Below the pieces are notes generated by a model. That model was not told where the DNA came from. It saw only the letters and a program-made list of their open reading frames with translations, and did no database searches. Shown in pieces: positions 13,301-25,224 of a stretch of 64,000 nt of DNA. The DNA is from Camelus dromedarius (Eukaryota), in the NCBI RefSeq assembly GCF_036321535.1, contig NC_087437.1, positions 41,418,001 through 41,482,000 of the forward strand, given 5' to 3'. Each line of letters opens with the position of its first letter. Within the stretch, counting starts at the first letter, position 1. Made by a program: the position numbers and the translations under genes.

Positions 13301-15194
13301 TTCCTGTGACTCTGAAAACAAATGAGATAAGCCACAAGCTCACAAATGAGCCCAAATGATGTCACGGTCACCTCGCAAAGAGGTTACTGTCCGTGGAACT
13401 GCCAAAAATGTTGTGGCTGAATTCACTGCCCAGGTGCCATCTGGAGAATCCTAGCTGGACGCCAGAGGCCCTCATCATTCACTGACCCTCTCTGATTTTA
13501 GAAGGACTGAGAACAAGCTGAAGATTTGAACCCTCCAGCACAAATCTGCAGCCAAACAGCAGTATGTCTGTTCCTTTCCCTTTTCCACACAGAGCCATCG
13601 GTGCATTTGCCCCCTCGGAGATCACTTGGTCAGGTTCTCAAGAATCTCAACACACCTCAGAAAGAATGAAATCAAGTGCAGCTGTATCCATGCCAGCTCC
13701 CCTCTCCTTTTACTGCCTCCCCAAAGCCTATAAAAGCTTAGAATCTATTAATTCTATGTTGATAGCAGGAATTTCTACTCATTATTACCTGAGAAAAGAA
13801 GAGTCAATTTAATACACTTGATTTCAAAGATTCTATCCAATGAAGCCAGCGTCCATTACAGTTGTATCAGCTAATTGCTCTCAAGTGCAACAGTCTGCAT
13901 TTGTAAAAGGAAAAAGTATCGAAGCTTAACAGGTAATACCCAGCAGAGAACATGGAGACATGGGGATCGCTTTTGTGGCTGAACTGTATTTTGCAGACCT
14001 GATGGAAAAAGCTCCCCCTCCAGCCTGCTCTGCTCGCGGGACGCCATTTAACTGCCATGGGCTTATCCCCCTACAGCTGTAAGAAAGAGACCACAGAGCC
14101 AGAAAGCACTCATAAAGCCAATCAATATTTAGAAGCTGAAAATAAAACAAAGAAATAGACAGATGTCAGCATAAGCAAAGGAAAAGAGCCTTTGCCTTGT
14201 GACCCCAAGACCTAGTTCTAGGCTGTTTCTGGGATGCTCTGGGATTCACAGCTGCATGAGATACTCAAGGACCTTAGCTTCTGAAGAACATCTCAATCCT
14301 TCCCTCTGTCCCAGAGCAGACCAGCCACTGGCAGAGCTCTCTCCCACAGCAGTGAGTGAGGCGAGAGTGAGTCTACTGGCAAGGTTAGTCCCATCATTCC
14401 CAGCTCTTAGGGAATTAGGTAACGGAATTCCATGTACCATCTGCTGACCATACCAAGAGGCAATCCTGGAACTTCATCTGATGTCCCTGGGTTACTGAGA
14501 GAATCTGTGTCTTTCATACACTTCTCCAAAGTAAGTAAGCTTAGAAGGTTTCAGATGACTTCATTCAACAGGTATCCGAGTGCCCACACTGTGCCACAGA
14601 TGACAGGTGCCGAGGAAATCCAGGGGACAGATAACACAACATCCTCTACCCTGCCTTCCTCCTGGTCATTGGTGAAGCTGCCCCACACACAGTGCCTTTC
14701 AAAGTCCAGGGAACAAACCTGGGAATATAACTGCCGTACGTTCACTGTGACTTGTCGCCCATAAAAATTCACCCGTGTCTCATTTACCAAGCCCGTGCTT
14801 ATAAAGAGGTTTATAGTCTGTTGTGTTAATGAACCATTTTCAAGTCTGAAGGGAGACAGAAAAAGCAATAACTAAAGGCCATTTCACCATCTTAAAACCC
14901 CTTCTGCTTCTTCCCAGTGAACTTCATCAGATAACGCCAACATGAAGTCCCAGAGCTGCCTGGGACACGGGCTTTTCAGTTTCTCAGGAGTCCCTGTACT
15001 TTCTTAAGGTTTCTTTCCCAATACCATGATCTCTTACAGGCTAAAAACACTGAATGTAAAACAAATCCCTTATCCATTCAGTGCACAGTGAAGCTGCAGG
15101 ATCCAAACCAGCGAACTCCAAGAACATATCTACCACTGAGTTATGTGACAGGCAAAATAAGGGATACAAATGTAAATCAATTAATCTTTTTTTC

Positions 15195-15410
15195 AAAACA
15201 GACCAATCTGCATTCAAAACCAGGCTCCATCATTTTCAATAAGTCTTTTAACCTAAGCCTCAGTGTCTACCTCTGCAAAATTAGAAGAAGAATGGTACAT
15301 ATCACAAAAAGCAACTACATGCATAAGACGAGACTTTTATAATAAGTAGCCCAGTGCTTCACACATGGCAAGTGGTCTCAAAGGATATTAGCTATTAATG
15401 TTTTTATTAT
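15195..15410 (+). mobile_element. MIR SINE
   Basis: 'ttcaaaaccaggctccatc...taacctaagcctcagtgtctacctctgcaaaat...cacatggcaagtggtctcaa'. Confidence 0.6.
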
Positions 15411-16572
15411 ATAAATGATGTTTCAGATCAGTATCAGGTGCATCCAGGTGTTGGTGCGACTTGAAATTCGGTGCCCTGACTACATCACATCTGGGAACTG
15501 CAAAGCTGAAGGCCAAATCTCTGCCTTAATCAAGGCCAGTGTGAACCACCAGCCTGCGCCACCTGCCTTCCAGCCTTAGCTCAGCACCTTGCACAAGCAG
15601 CCCCCAAGGCTAACCATGCACCTGGTTTCCACCAGTTTCATGAACTTTCCACCCCATCTCCCAGCTGCTCAGAGAGAAGGGTCATACTCTCCCCACTTCC
15701 TCAACCTCACTGGGGCACCTCAGAGGGCAAAAGCCTGCAAGCTAGCTGCTCCTTACAGTTTTTCTGTGCACAATACAACCGTCTCTGTGGTTCTTCCTTT
15801 GTCTCTGATTGTATGATATCAAGACCATGTCAGCCTGGAGATGACTGCAGTGGCAACTGGCTCAGAGCCTCCATCCAGTTCTGCTGCTTCTGGGAAGTTC
15901 CCAAGCCTCTTCCCTTTCCCACATTTCCCAGAGGGCATTCTCGTGGCTGTGGTTGCTACTGTCATTTCCAGCACCGCATTCCTCTATGACAACTGACCGT
16001 TTTAGTCCCCCACTGTCACCTCTAGAACTCAGCTCCTCTGCTCCCTTGGAGCTAGAGAATTCCTTTTCTCAAGTGATCATAGCTCCTTTCAGCATCTCGT
16101 CTTCCTTGAATCTCTAGGCAGATACAAAATGTCACTGGGCTTTATAAAAACATAGCAGAAGACCTGCCTGATTCTTCTGAGTTAAAATTTGAAAGATGAA
16201 TAGCTGTTAATCAGAGTTGGTGGAGCAAAGTTAGGGGGTGAGGGAGGGGTTCCCAAGCAGAAGAAGAAACAGCGTGCCCTGTTCCAGCTTTTGGCTGGAC
16301 TGCAGCTCTTGTGTTCACCACTGCGTGCAGTACCAGGGCACTGCTCCTATCTCCTAGTGGGTGTACAGCATATGAACAAGAGACTTAAAGCAGCTGGCAA
16401 CTAGCAACTGCAGTTTGGTACAGTTTCTTAAAATGCAGACCACGAGCGTCTAAATTATGGAAGGGCCATAGAGGGACAGCTCTGTGGGTCCCCGGCTTAA
16501 CTACTGAACTGGAACATGCAAATTAAAATCCCTCTAACGCAGCCTTATGCAGGCCTGTGGATCGAGCTGGAG

Positions 16573-16772
16573 CAGTGAACTTCAAACTTCCAGTCCCCGT
16601 ACGCTGTAAGAAATACATTCTACATTGTGACCCAGTACACACACATATACAATACAGTAATGTGAACAGGAATTTTTCTACACCATTCTAGTAAATTGTT
16701 TTTCCAGGGCTGACTGGGTGATTGCAACCCATTTAACTCACTCTTCAACTCATCACAACTTGAAAAACACTG
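16573..16772. mobile_element. Non-autonomous hAT-Charlie-like DNA element
   Basis: Ends CAGTGAACTTCAA ... TTGAAAAACACTG form degenerate terminal inverted repeats of the Charlie type. Confidence 0.55.
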
Positions 16773-17115
16773 GGTTAGTGTCTAGAGAGGGAGTGGGGTG
16801 GCGAGTGCTGATACTGTGAAGAAGTGGGGAATGGTTAGATCACAGAAGGTCTTGCTAAATTAAGGAGTTTAGCCTTGTGCTGTAAGACATGCAAAATCAT
16901 TCATTTCATTAATAACTAGATATGAGGAAAACAAAACCTAGATCCTGTCTCTGTAGAGACTACGGTCTCCCCTTGGGGATGGGTGTGGAGACAGATAAAT
17001 TATCTGTCAACAGTAGGGACTGGAGGAGAAGCCAGGCAGCATAGGGGTGAGTAACAGCCGGAAACGTTCTAAGAATTAAAAGTAGTCCAGTAAGGAGTGG
17101 TTTTAGACAAGAATA

Positions 17116-17920
17116 CAGTGGTCCCCGTGTCTTTGCAGTTTTGCTTTCTGTGGTTTCAGTTACCCATGGTCAACCGTGGTCTGAAAATATTACATGGAAA
17201 ATTCCAGAAATAAACAATTCATCAGTTTTAAATTGCATGCCCTTCTGAGTAGCGTGATGAAATCTCGTCATCCCACTTCATCCCGCCCGAGGCCTTAATC
17301 ATCCCTTTGTCCAGGTATCCGCCCCTTAGTAGCCACCTCTTTATCAGATCAACTGTCACATCATCGCAGTGTCTGAGCTCATGTAACCCTTTTTACCTAA
17401 TAATGTCTCCCAAAAGCAAGACTAGTGATGCTGGCCAAAGAGAGGCTGCTGTAGAGTGCTTCCTTTAAGTGAAGAGGTGAAAGTTCTCAATAAGAAAAAA
17501 ATTACATGCACAGGTTGCTAAGATCTACCGTAAGAACAAATCTTGTATTTGTGAAATTGTGAAGGAAGAAAAAGAAATTTGTGCTAGTTTTGCTGTTGCA
17601 CCTTAAACTGCAAAGTTATGGCCACAGTGCATGGTAAGTGCTTAGTTAAGATGGAAAAGACACTAAATTTATACAAGATATTTTGAGAGAGAGAGAGACC
17701 ACATTCACATAACTTTTACTACACTATATTGTTATAATTATTCTATTTCATTATTACTTACTGTTGTTGGTCTCTTACTGTGCCTAATTTAGAAATTAAA
17801 CCGTGTCATAGGTATGCATAGGAAAAAACATTGTATATATAGGGTTTGGTACTGTCTGCAGTCTCAGGCATCAACTGGGGGTCTTCGATCGTGTTCCCCA
17901 TGGATAAGGGGGCACTACTG
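17116..17920 (+). mobile_element. MER44 / Tigger7-derived TcMar DNA transposon, both ends present
   Basis: TA|CAGTGGTCCCC ... GGGGGCACTACTG|TA terminal inverted repeats with TA target duplication. Internal 'ggtttcagttacccatggtcaaccgtggtctgaaaatatt' matches MER44. Confidence 0.85.
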
Positions 17921-18224
17921 TATTTACCTTAGTCCTGGCTCCAAAGTCCTCCTTTCTCTGGAAGGAGAGATAAGTTATCTCGGCCTTATCTACCTTATCT
18001 TGAAGGAAATTATTACGATTACGATTATAAAGTTCAAGAAGTCCTTCAGAATAAGGGATGACATGAAGACAAGCAGAAAGCAGAAGACAGGACCAGAATC
18101 CCTGTCCTTCAAGGAGTTGAAGGGATGGTCTTCCTAGAAATACCAGAGTACCCTGACTGGGGAATGTGCCCTCGTGCTGTATGGAGCTGGTCCAACTATG
18201 AAGTAATGTCTCAGACATATGATA

Positions 18225-18805
18225 TTTTAACAGCTTTATTGAGGTGTAATTCACTCGTTACCACCGTCCAATTTTAGAACATATTCTAGCTCCTCAAAAA
18301 GACCACGCTCACCCACCTGCAGTCAGTCCCTGTTTTCCTCTCCAGCACTAACCAACCAGTAATCTACTTTCTGTTTCTATAGATTTAACTTTTCTGGACA
18401 TTTCACATCAACGGCATTATACAATGTGTGATCTTCTGTGTCTGCCTTCTTTTACTTAGCATACCATCATGTTGGACTGGGTATCAAAACTTCATTCTTT
18501 CTTACTGCCGAATAGTATTCCACTGTCTTCCACCACATTTTGTTTACCTATTCATCACTTGAGAGATATCTGGGCTGTTTCCATTTTTTTGGCTATCATG
18601 AATAATGTTGCGATGTACAAATTTTTGCCTGGACATATGTTTTCATTTCTCTTGGGTGGATATTCAGAAGTGGAATTGCTGGGTCATATAATAAATTTAC
18701 GTTTAACTTTTTCAGAAACAGCCGAACTATTTTCCAATGTGGCTTAACTGTTTTACATTCCAAGGAGCAACGTATGAGCATTCCAGTTTATCCACATTCT
18801 TGGGT
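18225..18805 (-). mobile_element. L1MB-like LINE-1 3' end
   Basis: Minus ORF 18596..18781 ([36 protein letters not shown]) is the L1 ORF2 C-terminus; 3' terminus 'ttttaacagctttattgaggtgtaattcac'. Confidence 0.88.
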
Positions 18806-19228
18806 ATATTTTAAAATCCAGGTTCAAAATTATTATGATGTGAAGCACAGCCTGATAAAACTTGAACTAGCATTTTTGTGAACTGTGGAGTTCATGTGGC
18901 CTTGTAATTTACTCACATTCCAAATTTCATGGAAATTTAGAAAAGAAATTATCAGGGATGTTCATTAGAAACCTGCTTAAAATCATTTAATAGTGCAATA
19001 CGAAAAGAAGCATGTAGACCTAATCATAGAAAATTTGGCCAGAAATATTTGCCAAAGGGGAGTTATCAAGGAACCGAGCATGACAAATGAGAATGCACTT
19101 CTCACACCAGAGTTTCCACAGGGACAAAATCTTAATTGTGAATCCTACAAACCGGTAACAACTTACAAAAGGCCGTAACCACAGCCAGGAACACAGAAAG
19201 AAGGCCAGGCAGGGGACTGTTTCTTTAA

Positions 19229-19412
19229 TTATTCCTTTTTTTTTTCTGAGCATTTTTTATAATTTCACATTTTTAATTTTTATTTATTGCTTAATTTGGG
19301 GGGGAAATAATTAGGTTTTTATTTATTTATCTTTAATGGAGGTACTGGGGATTGAACCCAGGACCTTGTGCATTCTAAGCACGCACTCTACCACTGAGCT
19401 ATACTCTCCCCT
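19229..19412 (-). mobile_element. tRNA-Ala-derived SINE (camelid vic-1-like) with TSD
   Basis: Reverse complement head GGGGAGAGTATAGCTCAGTGGTAGAGTGCGTGCTTAGAATGCACAAGGTCCTGGGTTCAATCCCCAGTACCTCCA plus A-rich tail. TSD TGTTTCTTTAA at 19218-19228 and 19413-19423. Confidence 0.92.
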
Positions 19413-21689
19413 TGTTTCTTTAAATCTGATGCAACTTGCATTGAGTCAGGTGATGAGTTACCAAGATGAGACCCTGTTTCTAGAAAAGAAAAGGAACAGA
19501 CCTGGCCTCAAGGGAAAAGAGGATAGTCACAGGAATGCCCCTGCTGCTTTGAAAACCCCAGGTACCTTTTACAAACAGAGTCACAAATTAAAAGAAGGGG
19601 TGGGCACCCAGAGGACTGGCAGGAGCTTTGGTTCAGAGACCACAGAAGAACACCAGGCTCTCAAACCCCTTCCATGTACAGTTTTCCAATCTAGAAAACA
19701 ACTCCCGTGTCTGGGGCTTGGATCTCTGTCTCTCTAACATTTTACTTAAAAGTTACCACATATATTTCACTGAACGTATCATATGTATTTATCTCCACCA
19801 ACAGCCTTCCTTCTTAGGAGGGGCGCTTTTTGCTCCTAGACATGAAGACCTCCAAGGACCTATGCTAATGACCCACTCGCACTCTTTCTGGTGCAATCAG
19901 CTAAGTGGAGGTTTTGGTACCCAGCTGGTCAGGTTCCAGGAGATTTCCCCTGCTAATTTTCAGTCACTCAAGGAAAACAAAGGAGTAACTAAGATTGGGT
20001 TCCCATGATTTGAAAGAAACCTTGTTCCTCCTCCCCTTCCCCCTGCCAAGATGTGTAGACTTTTGTATTTCACACTTTTACATCTGTTCTTCTCCAAAAA
20101 TAAAAGCTGTTTATATTCAAGAAATGATGACTACAATACCAGCACATGTTACATCTTTAAAATACTCACAGAGAGAACATACACATTGTTCAGACCAAAG
20201 AGCGTGTGCGCTGTTCCTTCCCAGAGCAGCATCTGGGTGTGAAGCTGCAGGAGAGCGCAGCCGTGCTTTTATTTATTTGTTTGTATGGAAAGAAAACCAT
20301 GTTCTACCTGACTGGTGCTAGAGCTACCACCTCGAAGAAAACAGAAGAGGGGGTGCGTGGCCTTTTAGGAACAGCAGACACTTGGCTTTGACCTTACGAA
20401 CCCTAAGGAGTTGAAATGGTAAACCACAGCACTCCTGAACTCAAAGGACCCTTTCAACCATGCAAACAGCTGCAAAGAAGCCATTTCAAATTCATAGTTT
20501 CCTCAGAGCCTAAGATACCACCAGTACTAGAAAGAAAACTGTCCCAATCTTGGTCACAGATAGAACCTCTTAATAATGCAATTAATTCACTTCCCCATCT
20601 AAAGAGTAATTCACATCTCTGATTTAAATGATTTAAGACCCCTTCTGAGAAAGTTGGATATGCCCCCCCAATTGTCAATATTGCAAAAAAACCTAATCAT
20701 CTTTAACCAGGTATTTTTTATATCCAGTCTAATGATTACTTCCTAATCATCTCTTTCCTTTAACATAGGTCTTCCAAGAAGGGTCTTTGAATTCAATTTT
20801 TTGAAAGCATCTTCCCCAAAAGTGAGTAAAATTTTGATATATGGTCATTATCAAGTTGTGCACAAAGTTCCCTTAATGATCATAATTGTCATCAACCTTC
20901 CCCAAAAATAAAAAGACATGCAATATAAGCAGTGTGTTTATCTAAGAACTGTAGATTAAATAACAACATAGGACATCTTTGTGGCTAGGTAAGAGATGTT
21001 TATGGATTGTTGTGACAAGGAAAGTCTGTGGTATTTCTCAGAAGGAAATCCTCTAACCTGCTGTCTAGATTCCAAACCTCCATTCCATTTTCCAAGTCTC
21101 AAAAAATAAACAACTCAAAGATTTCAAGCTGCAAACTAAAGAAAGGCTGAAAGGGTGTGTGAATGTGAATATATATATTTTTTTTCAGCTTCCAGGCAAA
21201 TGTCAGCACTTTCTGAGGCTTTAAACTGAATCCCCACAGGTCCATAGGGAAAAGCAAGAAATTAATACCAGAAGGATGCATCTTCTTGATCAGAGGGGTA
21301 GGGCTTTTCCTGCCCCTTGAATAAATGTGCTAATAAAAAAAAAAAAAAAATCTCAGTGCAAAGAACAGTCCAGGATAATCAGTTGAAATGGTAGTAGCTG
21401 ATGCTTGATACCATTTCAAGTATCCCCCTTTCTTAGAAATAATTCACATGCATATGATATTAGTGTGAATCTTAAGTCCATATTCCAAAAAGTATGTCCC
21501 TTCCACAATCTGAAGCCATATGCCTTAAGAAAAAGTTACAGTTATCTTATATAAATCACTATTTCCTACTCTGCATCATTTTTAGGCATACTCAGATTTC
21601 TGTGGATATAGTCTGTTTTTCCAAAGCAACCTGTATTTTTATGATTTCTTTCACATATACTTCCATGATTCACCTGTATTCATGTGTGT

Positions 21690-21775
21690 GTCTCCATTAA
21701 CAACCCCGCTACATCTAGAACAATGCCAGGTACACAGCAGATACTCAATCAGTATTTGTTAAATGAATGAGTGAA
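21690..21775 (+). mobile_element. L2 3' terminus
   Basis: 'tctagaacaatgccaggtacacagcagatactcaatcagtatttgttaaatgaatga'. Confidence 0.75.
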
Positions 21776-21824
21776 ATCAATATGAAAGAAACAAAAAGAA
21801 GACTGTCTTTTTAAACATTTTGGC

Positions 21825-21992
21825 TAGCGTTTCTAAAACTCTAACGTGCATCTAATTACCTGGAGGGCTTCTTAAAGCACAAATTGCTGGGTCCCATTCC
21901 CAGAGTTTCTGATTCAGTAGGTCAGAGAGGCAGAACCAAAGAGATGATTTTGAAACTGCTGAAATGAGGATCTCACTTTGAGAACCACGGTT
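21825..21992 (+). mobile_element. MER5A (hAT-Charlie)
   Basis: 'gcatctaattacctggagggcttcttaaagcacaaattgctgggtccc...gagtttctgattcagtaggtc...cactttgagaaccac'. Confidence 0.8.
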
Positions 21993-24124
21993 TAGGCAGT
22001 TAACCTATCAGCCAGCTCTTAGAACCTCACAAGGCATAGGATAACATTTGCTGAAAATCTACCAGCTGTAGAATCCTCTTCTACCTACTGGGTAAGCCAC
22101 ACTCATCCTTGCTCCAAACACTCTCGACATTGCCAACACAGGACATGGATGCAAGGGTACAATACACGGACACATGTCCAAAACAGAAAGAATTCGTGAG
22201 TACAGTGGAACTAAAGATGCTTCATTTCACCAGTGCATTTCTTTATGATGTATCCTACTGCGTAGTTTAATGTATTTTTCTCAGATGGAAATTACTAAAC
22301 CACAATGCATAGCCATTCTTCCTCGCACTACCCCACTTCATTTCACTTACTAATGGGAGCTTCATCTGAGGCAAGGGCACGAAATGTAGTAAGAAAGCCC
22401 ATTTTAAAGCTTATTTATATTGTTAATATTTTAGTGTCTGTAAGGACCAGATGATCAATACTCAGTCCTTAATGATCAGAAACCAAGCAGACACATTGAC
22501 AAGGTGCAGATATAATCTAAACCCACCACCAGGCTAAACAAAAGGATGCACAAAAACAATTCAACGGAATCCCAAACTCTAACTCTTCAATTACTGCATA
22601 GGTTTTTAAAGCACAGCTAGCATTAACTTTCAAATGCATACTTTTCTCATGACCTTGCTCTGGATTTTAGTGCATTTATATCCAGATTATAATCAGAGAG
22701 GGTATTTAATTAGATAATGTTTGCAAGTACTTTGAAGATATAAAGTGCTCTATAAAGGCTAAATATTATTATTTAAATACAGTTTGCAATTACTGCTTAC
22801 AACCTATTCCACCCACCACACTGCTATAATTTGATTACAAGCGGCTAAAAAAAAAAAGAAAAAAACCTAGAAGTAGAAATGATGAAACCATGTCCATGTG
22901 AAGCTCTGATTTTTACCCTAGGCATAAATAATTTATAAGCATTTTAAATGGAGGGTTAGGTTATAAAATCTAGTAAATCAAGGCAGCTGGCCTCCACAAG
23001 ACTGAGAACCACAAAGTTGTGTTGATTCTAATAGTTTCTTACTTATAAACCAGGTGGAAAGTAGAGTGTGGTTGAAAACACGGGGCTCTTTACTCTTTTG
23101 GTTGCCAGCTCCATCTTCCATTTTCTCTATCATAATCTTAAAATATCTATATCCATCTGAAAAAAAGTGTAACTCCAGATTTTTATTTTAATGGTTGTCT
23201 GGCAGATAAAGGCTTGAGAATGGCCCCTGTTCGAACACATCTTCTGGCTCATCTTGCTATCTTCTATGATAATCATAAACTCAGTGGCCTCCAATTCTTT
23301 AAAAATGGAAACCTTTGAGCCTGATTCCATGCACCTTCCAAACACATTTGTTGGATGGTTTCCAAAGAGCATGGCAGATTAAATGTAAACATACCTTATA
23401 CACAATGTACAAGGAAATCACGGTTAATCCCAAAATGGTTCATATTTTATATAGTTTTTTTTAAAGACAATAAAAAGAACAATTCACATATTCTAAGCTG
23501 ACCTTGGTTATTTAAAAAACAAAATCACAAGGAAGAAATACCTTGGAAATAATGCTTAAGACACAACTATGCTCATCAAAGAGATCTTATGCCCAAAACA
23601 AAAGGTACCTGGGAAATCTGTGAACCCAGGGAGATAACAGTCAGCTAATTCTGATATCACGACAAGGTCCATGAGTCAAATACTGACCATGTGAGTTACC
23701 ATGGGCACTGGTGTTGGGACAGGTCAGTCATAAGCTTGGCCATTTAGTAGCTCTATGACCTTTGGTAAATGAACTGATTTTTCTAAGCCTCGTGTGCTCA
23801 TCCGTAAATGATACACACTTACCTCACAGGAAATTGGGAGGTAATCTGACAATGTCGGGAGCCTTACAGATCACTTTTAACTTTCACTGTAAATTGCACT
23901 GCTAAAAATTTATTCTAAGGAAATAGAGATGTATACAAAAACTTGTATATAAGGATAAATAATTGTAACAACTAATGTATAAAAATGATATATACAAAGA
24001 TTTGTCTATAAGGGTGTTTGATTATAAAAGCACTAAATACAAGAGTTGAAAAGTTGAAAATAACAAAAAGTTTCACCAATAGGAATTGGTTAAATATATT
24101 ATGGTACATTCCCACAATAAAATG

Positions 24125-24400
24125 CTAAGCAATCCTTAAAACATAAGATTAGAAATTTGAACACTGACTGGATATTTGAAGAAATTAAAAATTACATACT
24201 AATTTTTAGACATGATAATAGTATTATGGTTATGTATTTTTAGGAGTGTTTATCCTTTAGAAATACATACTAAAATATTTACAAATAAATGGATATGATG
24301 CTTCAAAATAAAGTAGGGGAGGATATGGATGGGGGTGTAGATAAAGCAAGATTGGGTATGAGTGGGTAATTGTTAAGTTGGGGTCTCATTATACTGTCTG
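24125..24400 (+). mobile_element. L1MC/L1ME-like 3' fragment
   Basis: 'aaatttgaacactgactggatatttga...gataatagtattatggttatg...tagataaagcaagattgg'. Confidence 0.65.
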
Positions 24401-24404
24401 CTTT

Positions 24405-25005
24405 TTAAAATAATAGTTTAATTTAGATTTAATTCACATTCCATAAAATTCACCCTTTTTTTGAAGTGTTCAAGTGATTTGTAGTATACGCATGGAGTTG
24501 AGCTACCATCACCATTATCTAATTTTAGGACATTAGCAGTCACTTCCTACTCCCCCCCACCTCCTCCAGCTCCAGCAACCACTAATCTACTTTCTGTCTC
24601 TATGGATTTGCCTATTCTGGACATTTCATATAAATGGAATCATTTAACATGTGGCCTTTTGTGTCTGGCTTCTTTCGCTGCATAATGTTCATCAAAAGTT
24701 CTTTTTATTACCAAATGATATGCCATCTTACGGATATACTACTTTTTGCTTATTTATTCATCAACTGATGGATATTTGAGTTGTTTCCACTCTTTGGTTA
24801 TTATGAATTGTGCTACTAAAAACATCTGTATACAAGTTTTTGTGTGGATATACATTTTCAATTCTCTTTTGTATACACCTAGAGGTGGAATTACTGGGTC
24901 ACATAGTAACTCTCTATTTAACATTTTGAGGAACTGCCAACGTGTTTTCCAAAGTGGAATGCCTCATTTTACATTCCCACCAGCAGTGTATCAGCATTCC
25001 AATAG
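24405..25005 (-). mobile_element. L1MB-like LINE-1 3' end nested in an older L1
   Basis: 'accactaatctactttctgtctctatggatttgcctattctggacatttcatataaatggaatcat...tgaggaactgccaa...ttttacattcccaccagcagtgtat'. Confidence 0.88.
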
Positions 25006-25148
25006 TCTTTCTACTTTTACAAAAGCTTTAAATTCCCCATGATAAAGAATTTTTAAAAATTATGCCATAGGAGAACATGAATAGCATGCAAAAAGGTTAA
25101 GTTTAAAAAAACAGGTTGCAGATAATATATCCAATATGATCTTAATTT

Positions 25149-25224
25149 ATTTTATTTTATTTTTTTATTGAAGTGCTGTTGATTTAGAATGTTAGTTTCA
25201 GGTGTACAGAAAAGCGAGTCAGCA
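25149..25224 (-). mobile_element. Extremely 5'-truncated L1 3' tip with TSD
   Basis: T-rich tail plus 'attgaagtgctgttgatttagaatgttagtttcaggtgtacagaaaagcgagtcag', flanked by ATCTTAATTT at 25139-25148 and 25225-25234. Confidence 0.75.

Noticed and set aside
19336..20008. 133-aa and 126-aa plus-strand ORFs
   Set aside because: The first begins inside the antisense SINE; neither resembles a known protein.
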